From assembly GCF_000145295.1 (NCBI RefSeq), contig NC_014408.1, positions 360,001 through 392,000 of the forward strand: 32,000 nucleotides of DNA, written 5' to 3'. The notes beneath the pieces were generated by a model. That model did not search any database, had not been told where the DNA came from, and saw nothing but the letters and a program-made list of their open reading frames with translations. This document shows, one piece after another, positions 18,262 through 26,952 of this stretch (position 1 is the stretch's first letter; each line of letters begins with the position of its first letter). The position numbers and the translations under genes were made by a program. This stretch comes from Methanothermobacter marburgensis str. Marburg. GTDB lineage: Archaea; Methanobacteriota; Methanobacteria; Methanobacteriales; Methanothermobacteraceae.

Positions 18262-18492
18262 ATGTACAGGATTGAACTCGATAGGACCATGTGTATATCA
18301 TGCGGAAACTGTATTGAAAACTGCCCGGAACTCTTTGAATTCGCGGATGATGGTGTTTCATCCCTGGTGTGTGTTGAAATATCTGACATTCAGGTTAAGG
18401 AATTTGATGACCCATCATGCAGCGAAAAGGCGGCAGCCAACTGTCCTGTCATGTGCATAAAGCTTTACAGGGATGGTGAGGAGATCACATAG
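18262..18492 (+). CDS. Small monocluster [4Fe-4S]/[3Fe-4S] ferredoxin
   Basis: 76 aa with 'CISCGNCIENCP' and a distal 'NCPVMC' Cys-Pro. GGGTGA box upstream of the ATG. Confidence 0.8.
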   Translation: MYRIELDRTMCISCGNCIENCPELFEFADDGVSSLVCVEISDIQVKEFDDPSCSEKAAANCPVMCIKLYRDGEEIT

Positions 18493-18517
18493 TATTGGTT
18501 GATTAAGGAGCATTAAA

Positions 18518-19480
18518 ATGGAGGAAGGCAAACCATCATACTTCAATCTTGCTGAATTCAGATTTGAATCAGGGAAAAAACTCAGAGATGTAAGGGTTGA
18601 ATACAAAACCATAGGGAGACCCTCCCTGAATGATGAGGGTGGGATAGATAATGCTGTAGTCTATATACATGGGTGGAGTGGGGACTTTTCTTCAGTTAAA
18701 AGGATAGCTGACCTCACAGCACCTGGAAGAGCCCTTGAAGGGTTCTTTATAATATCAATGAGCTCACTGGGGTCTCCGGGTTCGGCTTCCCCATCCACGA
18801 CATCACTTGGAGATGAATTTCCCGCCTACACAGTACTCGACATGGTGAACTTCCAGAGACAGTTTCTCAATGAGAAATTTGGCATAAAAAAGGTCAGAGG
18901 AGTCATAGGGACATCAATGGGGGGATTTCAGGCGCTACAGTGGGCTGCAGAGTACCCTGATGAAATGGAGTTCCTCATGCCCCTTGTAACCTCCTGGAGA
19001 ACAAGGGGAGTTAACTATGCACTCTTCAGTTACATGAACCACCTCATTGAGTCAGACCCTGACTTTGCCGCTGGCAGAAAACCCAGAAGGGCACTGTTAC
19101 TTTCATCCATGCTCATGTACCTCTATGGACTCTCAAGGGAATACTACAGTGGCCTTGAAAACCCCGAGCTGGAGTCGGCGATGAGGGATATGGGGTCAGA
19201 GGGGGAACTCATGGACCCCCATGATGTGCTTTGGAGGAACCGGGCCGCCATGAACCATGACCTGGAGGGTAAGCTCAGCAGGATAAGGGCAAGGACCCTC
19301 ATATTCGGGGTGAACCAGGACCAGTACTTCCCACCGGAACTTGACACTATCCCAATGGCTGAACTCATACCTGGCTCCGAGTTGATTCTATTTGATTCTG
19401 AATGCGGACATCTGGGAGTGAATGAGATAGGTAAATATGGTGAACTCATAGCTTCATTCATTAAAGGTGACAGTGAATAA
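18518..19480 (+). CDS. Alpha/beta hydrolase of the homoserine O-acetyltransferase (MetX) family
   Basis: 'FRFESGKKLRDVRVEYKTIG...NAVVYIHGWSGD', the nucleophile elbow 'GTSMGGFQALQWAAEYP', and a C-terminal 'ECGHLG' His. AAGGAG box 8 nt upstream. Confidence 0.75.
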   Translation: MEEGKPSYFNLAEFRFESGKKLRDVRVEYKTIGRPSLNDEGGIDNAVVYIHGWSGDFSSVKRIADLTAPGRALEGFFIISMSSLGSPGSASPSTTSLGDEFPAYTVLDMVNFQRQFLNEKFGIKKVRGVIGTSMGGFQALQWAAEYPDEMEFLMPLVTSWRTRGVNYALFSYMNHLIESDPDFAAGRKPRRALLLSSMLMYLYGLSREYYSGLENPELESAMRDMGSEGELMDPHDVLWRNRAAMNHDLEGKLSRIRARTLIFGVNQDQYFPPELDTIPMAELIPGSELILFDSECGHLGVNEIGKYGELIASFIKGDSE

Positions 19481-19775
19481 GAAGGAAGGTGTTTATTTGC
19501 AGGTGAAGGTTGAGGATTTTGGCTTCAGTGAGGATAAATGCATGAACTATGTACTCTACAGGGTATCAGACATTGATGATGATGTCAGAAGGAAACTCAT
19601 GGAGAGACTTGAGGAGGACACAGAGGAGGATAACGGAGACCTTCTTATAACAGTTTTCTATGCGCCGGAGTACTTCCCCTTTGGCTCAGAGGAGGCAAAG
19701 GTGCGCATGGACGACTTCATTGCAAGGGAGGAAATTGAGATGACTGTATTCCTCTCCAGTGTCCTTGAGGACTGA
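19467..19775 (+). CDS. Hypothetical small acidic protein
   Basis: 102-aa ORF from GTG 19467, overlapping the metX-like stop. A GGAAGGTG box sits 5 nt before TTG 19497, making that a plausible true start. No motif recognised. Confidence 0.45.
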   Translation: MTVNKKEGVYLQVKVEDFGFSEDKCMNYVLYRVSDIDDDVRRKLMERLEEDTEEDNGDLLITVFYAPEYFPFGSEEAKVRMDDFIAREEIEMTVFLSSVLED

Positions 19776-19805
19776 AATCATTCAGACCCTGAGTCGCTGG
19801 TTCAG

Positions 19806-20111
19806 ATGGGAGATAGGGGGGACATGCATTCGGAGCCTTCTGTGGAAGTTAAAAAAATTGAAAAATCCGGTGATAAATGGAGGGTTGTCCTGGAACTGCG
19901 TATTCCAGGACACAGACTATTAGAAATTCTGGATGAATTTGAAAGGAGATTCAGAGATTACTCCTTTCGTGCAGATGGCAGGAATATAACCGTTGAGGCG
20001 TCATTTCGGATCCTTGAACCATGGGAGGATGAACCAGTGGAGGATGTGGCTGAGTCCATAGCACTGGAACTTCTCTCCTTTATAAGTGGGGGGCCTCGGG
20101 GTGAAATTTGA
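19806..20111 (+). CDS. Hypothetical small protein
   Basis: 101-aa ORF with no motif recognised. It ends in TGA 20109-20111, just after a G6 run (20088-20093). Confidence 0.45.
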   Translation: MGDRGDMHSEPSVEVKKIEKSGDKWRVVLELRIPGHRLLEILDEFERRFRDYSFRADGRNITVEASFRILEPWEDEPVEDVAESIALELLSFISGGPRGEI

Positions 20112-20541
20112 TGGCTACGGGTTCGGCAAATACCTCTATGAGAGAAAGAGGTGGGTTGTGTTTCTCGCACCAAATCAGAGCAACCTTGGAACATGTGTAG
20201 TGGTCCTCAAAAGGAGGGAGGAGTTTCTTGGAAACCTAAAGAAGGATGAATGGGATGAAATGCTCCTTATAATATCTGAACTTGAAAATGCAGTGAGAGA
20301 GGCATTTGGGGCTGCCATGTTCAACTGGGGCGTCCTTCTTAACTCTTTCTACCGTGAAAACACCTCTCCACCACAACTGCACTGGCACTTCATCCCCCGC
20401 TACAGAAATGAGGTGGTAGTGAATGGGGAGGTATTCGATGACCCCTTCTTCGGTTACATGAGGCCAAGGCCCCCAAGGAATATCTCAGAGGAGACTCTCC
20501 AGGAAATAAGGAATAAAATGCTGGCCTGGATAAAAAGGTAG
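20086..20541 (+). CDS. HIT (histidine triad) family nucleotide hydrolase/transferase
   Basis: Histidine-triad context 'PQLHWHFIPRY', with 'WVVFLAPNQSNLGTCVVVLKR' matching the HIT beta-core. The start is uncertain: GTG 20086 or GTG 20101. Confidence 0.7.
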   Translation: MGGLGVKFDGYGFGKYLYERKRWVVFLAPNQSNLGTCVVVLKRREEFLGNLKKDEWDEMLLIISELENAVREAFGAAMFNWGVLLNSFYRENTSPPQLHWHFIPRYRNEVVVNGEVFDDPFFGYMRPRPPRNISEETLQEIRNKMLAWIKR

Positions 20542-20672
20542 AATCATTGCGTGAATGGATACAGAAAGCCTGGGTAGAGAAGCTGGATCATGACTTGAAA
20601 TAATGCCTTGGATAAATGTTTAAGATTAAAAGAATTTATTTTTTGATCTGCGTGGAGTAAACATACCGACTT

Positions 20673-21080
20673 TTATCGAAGACGCTCCAGCCGCTCCCTG
20701 AACTCCTTACGGTGCCTCTTTTCCTCATCAATTATATGCCTTAAAACCCCGGTGACTTCATCATCGTCAATTATCTCTATCTGCCTCTCGTACTCTTCAA
20801 TACCCTCTGTTTCCTTCTGGATCTGCCTTTCAAGGCCCTCAATTATATCTTCACCAAGGTACTCCACTGTGCCGATCTCCATTGAGGGTCTGCCGCCTCT
20901 CTTTGTTATGAGGTCAGCGAGCCACCACATGTGCCTCATCTCATCTGCCGCGATTCCTTCAGTTAGCCTGCTGAGGTCACAGTCCTCTATAACAAATGCG
21001 TTGTAGGTGTACATCATGGTCGCCTCAAGTTCATGGCGGAAGTCGATATTCAGGAGTTCTATTATCTTTTCAGTGTCCAT
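20673..21080 (-). CDS. Ferritin-like / bacterioferritin-like di-iron four-helix-bundle protein
   Basis: E...ExxH-type pairs 'HELEATMMY', 'ADEMRHMWW', 'QKETEGIEEYE' and 'DEEKRHRKEF'. A GAGGTGGA box precedes ATG 21080; the track ORF extends to 21134. Confidence 0.7.
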   Translation of the reverse strand: MDTEKIIELLNIDFRHELEATMMYTYNAFVIEDCDLSRLTEGIAADEMRHMWWLADLITKRGGRPSMEIGTVEYLGEDIIEGLERQIQKETEGIEEYERQIEIIDDDEVTGVLRHIIDEEKRHRKEFRERLERLR

Positions 21081-21127
21081 AAAAATCCACCTCAACGTAA
21101 TATCTGTCCCTCTGGATATATAAGTGG

Positions 21128-21142
21128 TTCTCACCGTGAGAA
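21128..21142. promoter_or_regulatory. Palindrome TTCTCAC-C-GTGAGAA in a divergent promoter region, flanked by two direct copies of CCCTCTGGA (21108-21116, 21155-21163)
   Basis: Read directly. Each CCCTCTGGA copy abuts a TATA-like element ('tatataag', 'ataaatag'). Confidence 0.3.
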
Positions 21143-21186
21143 AAAGCCCATATACCCTCTGGAATAAATAGAGTATTGGTGATTGG

Positions 21187-22287
21187 ATGCCAGCGGAGGT
21201 TTATTTTTCAGATTTCAGGGCAAGGTCCAGGAACGAGAACAGGGGCATGAAGATACAGAGGATATTTGACGCGGCCTTTGGCGAACCCTTCTCCGGGGAG
21301 GACATTGTGGCTGTTAAGGTGCATTTTGGTGAACGGGGCAACGACTCCTATGTGAGCCCTGTTCTGGTGCGCCACGTAGTTGAAAGGATAAGAGAGAGCG
21401 GGGCATCCCCTTTCCTCACAGATACCAACACCCTCTACTATGGTTCAAGGCACAATTCGGTTGATCACATTGAAACAGCCATACTCAATGGCTTTGACTA
21501 TTCTGTTGCCGGGGCACCCCTTATAATTGCAGATGGGCTTCATGGAAACAATGAGGTAACTGTGCCTGTGAAGGGAAGGCACTTCAGTGAGGTTAAAATC
21601 GCGGGTGACATTGCCGCGGCATCAGCAATGGTTGTCATATCACACTTCAAGGGTCACGGGATGAGCGGCTTTGGAGGGGCCCTCAAGAACCTTGCCATGG
21701 GATGCGCCACCATCCAGGGAAAGATTGAACAGCACGAATGCGCAAAACCTGTGGTGAGGGGTGAATGCACTGAATGCGGGGAGTGCGTCTCTGAATGTCC
21801 CGTGGATGCCATGACCCTCCATGATGGCGTCATGATAGAATACGATAGGTGCATTGCCTGCATGAACTGCCTTGACACCTGCCCCCGGGGCGTATTTGAC
21901 CTTGACTGGGAGAGGGACATACCAGAGTTCATTGAACGGATGATGGAATACGCCCTCGGGGTAACATCCACCATTGACAGGATATTCTACCTGAACTTCC
22001 TCATGGATATAACCCCTGACTGTGACTGTGTACCCTGGAGTGACAGAAACATAGTTCCCGACATAGGGGTGCTGGCATCAGAGGATCCAGTTGCAGTGGA
22101 CACAGCAAGTTACCACCTTGTGAATCAGGAGGAGGGAATCAGAGGGTCAATGCTCGAGGAAAACCATGAGACCGGTGGGGATAAGTTCAGGGGTGTGTGG
22201 GGTGACGTTGATGGAACCCACCAGCTGGTATATGCAGAGAAACTCGGTATAGGGGTGCGTGATTACAGGCTGATTGAAATACCATAA
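21187..22287 (+). CDS. DUF362-domain protein with an inserted 2x[4Fe-4S] ferredoxin domain
   Basis: 'CTECGECVSECP' and 'CIACMNCLDTCP' lie inside a 366-aa protein whose N-terminal 'VAVKVHFGE...FLTDTNTLY' and C-terminal regions match the DUF362 pattern. Confidence 0.75.
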   Translation: MPAEVYFSDFRARSRNENRGMKIQRIFDAAFGEPFSGEDIVAVKVHFGERGNDSYVSPVLVRHVVERIRESGASPFLTDTNTLYYGSRHNSVDHIETAILNGFDYSVAGAPLIIADGLHGNNEVTVPVKGRHFSEVKIAGDIAAASAMVVISHFKGHGMSGFGGALKNLAMGCATIQGKIEQHECAKPVVRGECTECGECVSECPVDAMTLHDGVMIEYDRCIACMNCLDTCPRGVFDLDWERDIPEFIERMMEYALGVTSTIDRIFYLNFLMDITPDCDCVPWSDRNIVPDIGVLASEDPVAVDTASYHLVNQEEGIRGSMLEENHETGGDKFRGVWGDVDGTHQLVYAEKLGIGVRDYRLIEIP

Positions 22288-22331
22288 TAAGTGCACAGGG
22301 AGGGGACTGAATAAGGAGTGAAGTTTGGGTG

Positions 22332-23249
22332 TTACTGACGGGACACCTCTATCATCCTCTCAACAGCCCTCCTGGCCCTTTCAGCCACATCATCAGGAAC
22401 CGTTACAGTGAATTCCTCATTGATCAGTGAATTTTTAACCTTCTCAAGGGTGTGCAGCTTCATGTTTTCACATATGGCCTCTGCGAGGAGGGGAATTGTT
22501 TCCTTATCTGATTCAAGGTCAAGACGGGCTGTCATGTCAACCTCTGTACCTATTATGAAGCGCTTTCTATCTGACTCCAGGACCCTCCGCAGCATTCCCC
22601 CGGTGCTCAGGATGTGGTCCGCCAGTTCCTGAACTTCAGGGTTACATTCAGGGTGTATGAGTAGTTCAGCGTCGGGGTACTCATCCCTCTTTGCAGCAAC
22701 ATCGGCGACAGTGAACATCTTATGGACGTAGCAGTAGCCGTTCTCTGGGATAGGGATTATCCTCTTGTCGGTGTGCTGCTGAACATACCATGCAAGGTTT
22801 CTGTCTGGACCAAAGAGTATGAGGTCCTCCTCCAGACTTTCAACAATCTTAACGGCATTTGCAGATGTGCAGAGAATATCTGCCTCTGCCTTTGCCTCTG
22901 CAAGGGTGTTAACGTATAAAACAACTGCAGCGTCAGGGTATCTTTTCCTGGCCTTCCTGACGTCCTCTGCACTTAGCATGTGTGCCATGGGACACTCCGC
23001 ACCCCTGTCGGGTATCAGGATCTTCTTATCAGGGTTGAGGATGTAGGCTGTCTCGGCCATGAAGTCCACGCCACAGAAAACAACAATATCCCTATCATGT
23101 ATTTCACTTGCCTTCATGCAGAGTTCAAGTGAGTCCCCTTTAAAGTCTGCAATTTCCTGTATCTCCTTTTTCTGGTAGTTATGGGCAAGTATGATAGCAT
23201 TTTTCTCCTTCTTCAAGTTCAGAATATCCCTTTGCAGCTGATTTAACAT
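22332..23249 (-). CDS. nadA: Quinolinate synthase NadA
   Basis: 'KEKNAIILAHNYQ', 'FCGVDFMAETA', 'CPMAHM' and 'LIHPEC' contexts are typical of NadA. Start taken at ATG 23249 ('MLNQLQRDIL'). Confidence 0.9.
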   Translation of the reverse strand: MLNQLQRDILNLKKEKNAIILAHNYQKKEIQEIADFKGDSLELCMKASEIHDRDIVVFCGVDFMAETAYILNPDKKILIPDRGAECPMAHMLSAEDVRKARKRYPDAAVVLYVNTLAEAKAEADILCTSANAVKIVESLEEDLILFGPDRNLAWYVQQHTDKRIIPIPENGYCYVHKMFTVADVAAKRDEYPDAELLIHPECNPEVQELADHILSTGGMLRRVLESDRKRFIIGTEVDMTARLDLESDKETIPLLAEAICENMKLHTLEKVKNSLINEEFTVTVPDDVAERARRAVERMIEVSRQ

Positions 23250-23387
23250 AAGCGTCCCTACTGAAAAATTATATGATAGAATCAAGAATTAAGGCAATCT
23301 ATCTATAGGGATTAATGTTTTATAAATATTTCCATAAAACAGGCACCCTGAGTGAAATCATCCTTTATTCTGGAACTTTGGGGTCCG

Positions 23388-24583
23388 TTAATCCCAGATC
23401 TGCCTTAACTCAGGGTGGATGGTTTCTGTTATCCCAAGTTCATCCATGGCATCCCTGTAGGCCCTGTAGATGGCTGTAAACTCTGGCCTTATCATGCCCC
23501 TGAATGCACCATATCCCATAACACGCCCGTAATTCTCTGTTATTGATGTGATTATTATTTCCATGTCCCTCTTTATTTCCTCAAGGCTGTATCCTGCAGC
23601 TGAGATGTTTTCCCTCAATTTTTTGAAGTCAACTGATGCATTGCTCAGGACACCAACCCCCTCAAGGGTGGTTGGACATTCGTCGTGTGGAAGGGATTTG
23701 CGGAGCATACCCCCTGCAGGGGCCACACCCATGATTTTACTGGCCCCGATTGACATCGCAAGGAGGATATGCTCATAGATGAGAAGTGCTGTTTCCTTTT
23801 GGGTTTCGGGGTCAGCTGGGACATCAATGGATTTGAGTTCCGGGAGGGATAGTGGTGGTCTCACCTCGGGGATGGCTTGTGACTGCAGGGACGCTTTAAC
23901 TTTGTCTTCCATCACGGGTTTTTCTATTTTCTCTTCAAGAGGCTCTGGTTTTTTAATTTCAGGTTTTTTGAGTACGTCCCGCTGTTCACGCAAAACATCG
24001 GCGCTGGTCTCATGCACAGGTTCCTGTTCCTGCACAGTGGCTTCAGGTTTCTGTTCTGCAATCGTAACATTGATTTCATCACCCTTAGGGATCCCACTGA
24101 CGTCTGAACCTGCAGATTCGGAAGTGATACTTGCTTCAGAACCTTCGGATTGAGGGGTGATACCTGCTTCAGGCTCCATGGTTGATTTAATCCATGCAGC
24201 TGATGATTCCTCCTTGACATATTCCAGTTCTTGGAGTATTCCAGGGTCTGAAAGTCTCTCCATGACCCTTCTTGCAAGGAGGATCACCTTGCCAAGGTTT
24301 GACCTTTTATCAGCAAGCACAAGGAGATGGAGGGCATCGTTGAGCAGGACCATCTTGCCGCCAGGAAACTCAATAACAGCAGACTGGTAGTCTCCCTGCC
24401 CTGCCCTTTTGAGGAGTTTACCTGAAGCATCTGCCATTACACTGGCCATGGATCCAAGGTTTCCGCTGGAGGCTCCCCTGCTGTAGAGGATGCTGCCTGA
24501 ACTGTCAGTTACGATTACCTCCTCAACACCTTCACCTTCCAGGATTTCACCAACTATCTCTTCAAGTATTCTAAAACCCCCAC
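23388..24583 (-). CDS. Roadblock/LC7-domain fusion protein: N-terminal Roadblock fold, a ~110-aa E/P/K/S-rich linker, and an unrecognised ~150-aa C-terminal domain. The 5' end lacks a canonical in-frame start as assembled.
   Basis: The track ORF starts at ATG 24449. The frame stays open upstream to 24596 and encodes the missing first half of the Roadblock domain ('FRILEEIVGEILEGEGVEEVIVTDSSGSILYSRG'). That sequence aligns with the stand-alone Roadblock protein at 30003..30350. Confidence 0.6.
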
Positions 24584-25192
24584 TCAGATGTTCTCTTTAC
24601 GCACAAGTTTGCAGTGTGTTATCCAGGCAGCCTTCTTTTTGCCTGGAGGATAACACGTTATGAGCATGAGCCTGGCCTCCCCATTCTGGGCGAAGCGCAC
24701 GGGATTGACCTTATAGTCCCATCTTATATCATCACCGTTGGATGTCACCACATATACGTAGCGCCTTGAGGAGAGATGGTCCTCTATTATAACCATATCC
24801 CCCCTCCTGAGGGCACCTATCCTCCTGAATGGTCCTGAATAGGTGGTTCTATGCCCCAGGATCCCACAGTCGCCTGCAGACCCTGGCATAACACTTTCAG
24901 GGTAGTGGTAGACCGATTCATAGGCATTCACGGTGTCCTCCCTTATCCAGCAGCTGACGCCTATTGAGGGTATTATGAGCTTTCCAATTACCGGTCCGCG
25001 TGAGCCTGCAACTGTGTTTGGACCTGAGGGGACAGGGTCAAAAAAGTCTCTGGGTGCATTCCTGTAGTTTTCAAGGTGAACCCTTGACCTTTTCCGGGTC
25101 TGGTAATCCTCAAAGGCCTTTATAATAATGCCTGAGGTAATCGATACGAAGAAAAGGCATATGATGGCTGCGTAGATGCTGTTTTTTCTCAT
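24584..25192 (-). CDS. Sortase-family cysteine transpeptidase with an N-terminal membrane anchor
   Basis: N-terminal TM 'IYAAIICLFFVSITSGIIIKAF', catalytic His context 'CGILGHRTTY', and the TLxTC-type Cys motif 'RLMLITCYP'. Its ATG overlaps the upstream stop (ATGA at 25189-25192). Confidence 0.8.
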   Translation of the reverse strand: MRKNSIYAAIICLFFVSITSGIIIKAFEDYQTRKRSRVHLENYRNAPRDFFDPVPSGPNTVAGSRGPVIGKLIIPSIGVSCWIREDTVNAYESVYHYPESVMPGSAGDCGILGHRTTYSGPFRRIGALRRGDMVIIEDHLSSRRYVYVVTSNGDDIRWDYKVNPVRFAQNGEARLMLITCYPPGKKKAAWITHCKLVRKENI

Positions 25193-25953
25193 TCAAAACC
25201 CTGCATTTGATCCTGTTTAGAATAACCTTCAAGGACCTTTTTCACATGAGACGCAATCACGTAACGGTATTTTGTTACCTTTCGCGGATCTGGGATCCAG
25301 GCTGTCACCTTTGCCTTTATCCCTGTATCTGTAAATTCAAGGACAATGAGCCCTGGCTCAGGGTCCTTCAGTATACCTGGAACCCCCATGAGAACATCCT
25401 TAACTTCAGATTCAAATTTTTCAATATCAACGTCGTAGTCAAGGTTGACCCTGAGTTCAACCCTCCTACTTTCCTCTGCACTGTAGTTGACGTAGGCTGT
25501 TTTGGAGAAGGTTGAGTTGGGCACTGTTACTATTTTGGCGTCAGGGGTTTTTATTGTTGTTGTCCTGAAACCCACCCTTTTAACCTTACCCTTCTGCCCG
25601 GCAACCTCAATGGTGTCACCAACCCTGAAACTCTTATCAGCCAGTATGAACATCCCGGAGATGAAGTTGGATATGATGTCCCTGGATGCAAAACCCACCG
25701 AGACACCGGCTATACCCAGGCTCACGGTTATGGCGGTCACGTCTATTCCAAGTTCCCTCAGGACTATGCTAAGGGCTATGATGTATATGCTGTATTTTAT
25801 TATGTCATTGAGGACCTGTATGAGTGTAAGGTCAAGGTCCCATTTTCTGGTGGACCTCTTGAGGAAATAGGATGCCCACTTAACAAGTAGAACAGCGGCC
25901 ATCACCGTGACTATTATGATGAGGATGGTTTCAGGCGCTGGAACCGGAATCAT
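25189..25953 (-). CDS. Small-conductance mechanosensitive channel (MscS family)
   Basis: Three N-terminal TM helices followed by 'VGDTIEVAGQKGKVKRVGFRTTTIKTPDAKIVTVPNSTF', the MscS beta-domain signature. Confidence 0.85.
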   Translation of the reverse strand: MIPVPAPETILIIIVTVMAAVLLVKWASYFLKRSTRKWDLDLTLIQVLNDIIKYSIYIIALSIVLRELGIDVTAITVSLGIAGVSVGFASRDIISNFISGMFILADKSFRVGDTIEVAGQKGKVKRVGFRTTTIKTPDAKIVTVPNSTFSKTAYVNYSAEESRRVELRVNLDYDVDIEKFESEVKDVLMGVPGILKDPEPGLIVLEFTDTGIKAKVTAWIPDPRKVTKYRYVIASHVKKVLEGYSKQDQMQGFE

Positions 25954-26854
25954 CAGCCTTCACCTCCACGGTCATGAGGTCATCTGCCACATCTGTTTCA
26001 GGGAAAACCTCCCTTGCGGCGTTCAGAATAACCTCGGTCCGTTTGTATCTGGTGCTGAGATGTGTGAGTATCAGCCTCCTGACGCAGGCAGATGCAGCAA
26101 CCTCCGCGGCTTCCCTTGCAGTGGAATGCCCACTTTCAGCTGCCTTATCCTCGCTTCCAGCCTCAAAGGTTGACTCATGTATCAGAAGGTCCGCTTCACG
26201 GGCAAGATCTATAACAGACTCACAGGGACGGGTATCCCCTGAGTAGCATATCTTTACCCCACGTCGTGGGCTTCCAAGGACCTCCTCTGGTTTTATGATT
26301 CTGTCACCAACCCTCACGGGTATGCCCCTGTGCAGCTTTCCAAAGGCAGGGCCCGGTTTGAGTCCGAGTTCAATGGCCTTCTCCCTGAGGAACCTCGGCC
26401 TCTTCTTCTCCTCAAAACAGTAGGCGAGGTTGAATACTGAATGGGAGGCGGGTGCCGAGGTAATACGGTAGTCTTCCTCCTCAAGGACTGTGCCGCCCTT
26501 AACCTCATGCACATGGATATCAAAATCGAGCGTGAAGTAGCCCAGCTTCATGATGGATTCGTGGAGTTCATGGATTCCTGGGGGCCCATATATCTCAAGG
26601 GGCTCCTGGCGCCCCCTGAAGCCCATTGACTGTATCATTCCAGGTATTCCAAGAATATGGTCCCCGTGTAGATGTGTTATGAACATCCTTGTAACCTTCA
26701 TGGGGCTGATGCCTGCAATGGCCATCTGTCTCTGAGTTCCCTCACCACAGTCAAACAGGAATACCTCACCGGGGATTCGAAGTGCTATTGATGTGTGGTT
26801 CCTGTTCTTTGAGGGGACAGCTGATGATGTACCCAGAAATGTAACTTCCATCAT
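25931..26854 (-). CDS. rnz: Ribonuclease Z (tRNA 3' endonuclease, metallo-beta-lactamase fold)
   Basis: 'MEVTFLGTSSAVPSKNRNHTS', 'ITHLHGDHILGIPG' (HxHxDH) and 'YSGDTRP'. Its 3' end overlaps the mscS start by 23 nt. Confidence 0.9.
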   Translation of the reverse strand: MMEVTFLGTSSAVPSKNRNHTSIALRIPGEVFLFDCGEGTQRQMAIAGISPMKVTRMFITHLHGDHILGIPGMIQSMGFRGRQEPLEIYGPPGIHELHESIMKLGYFTLDFDIHVHEVKGGTVLEEEDYRITSAPASHSVFNLAYCFEEKKRPRFLREKAIELGLKPGPAFGKLHRGIPVRVGDRIIKPEEVLGSPRRGVKICYSGDTRPCESVIDLAREADLLIHESTFEAGSEDKAAESGHSTAREAAEVAASACVRRLILTHLSTRYKRTEVILNAAREVFPETDVADDLMTVEVKADDSGSSA

Positions 26855-26952
26855 ATCACTCTTTCAGGTTCTTGGAGGATATCTGCTGGAGATTTTGCTT
26901 TATGGACATAAAATTTATAATTCTTCCCTTTATATTAATTTAGGGGATCTTC

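Noticed and set aside
20086-20113. A TGATG stop/start overlap at 20109-20113 that suggests an ATG start for the HIT gene
   Set aside because: The ATG at 20111 is in a different frame from the HIT domain and runs into a stop after ~29 codons. A GTG start (20086 or 20101) in the HIT frame is sufficient, so no frameshift needs to be invoked. The nearby G6 run is noted in the findings.
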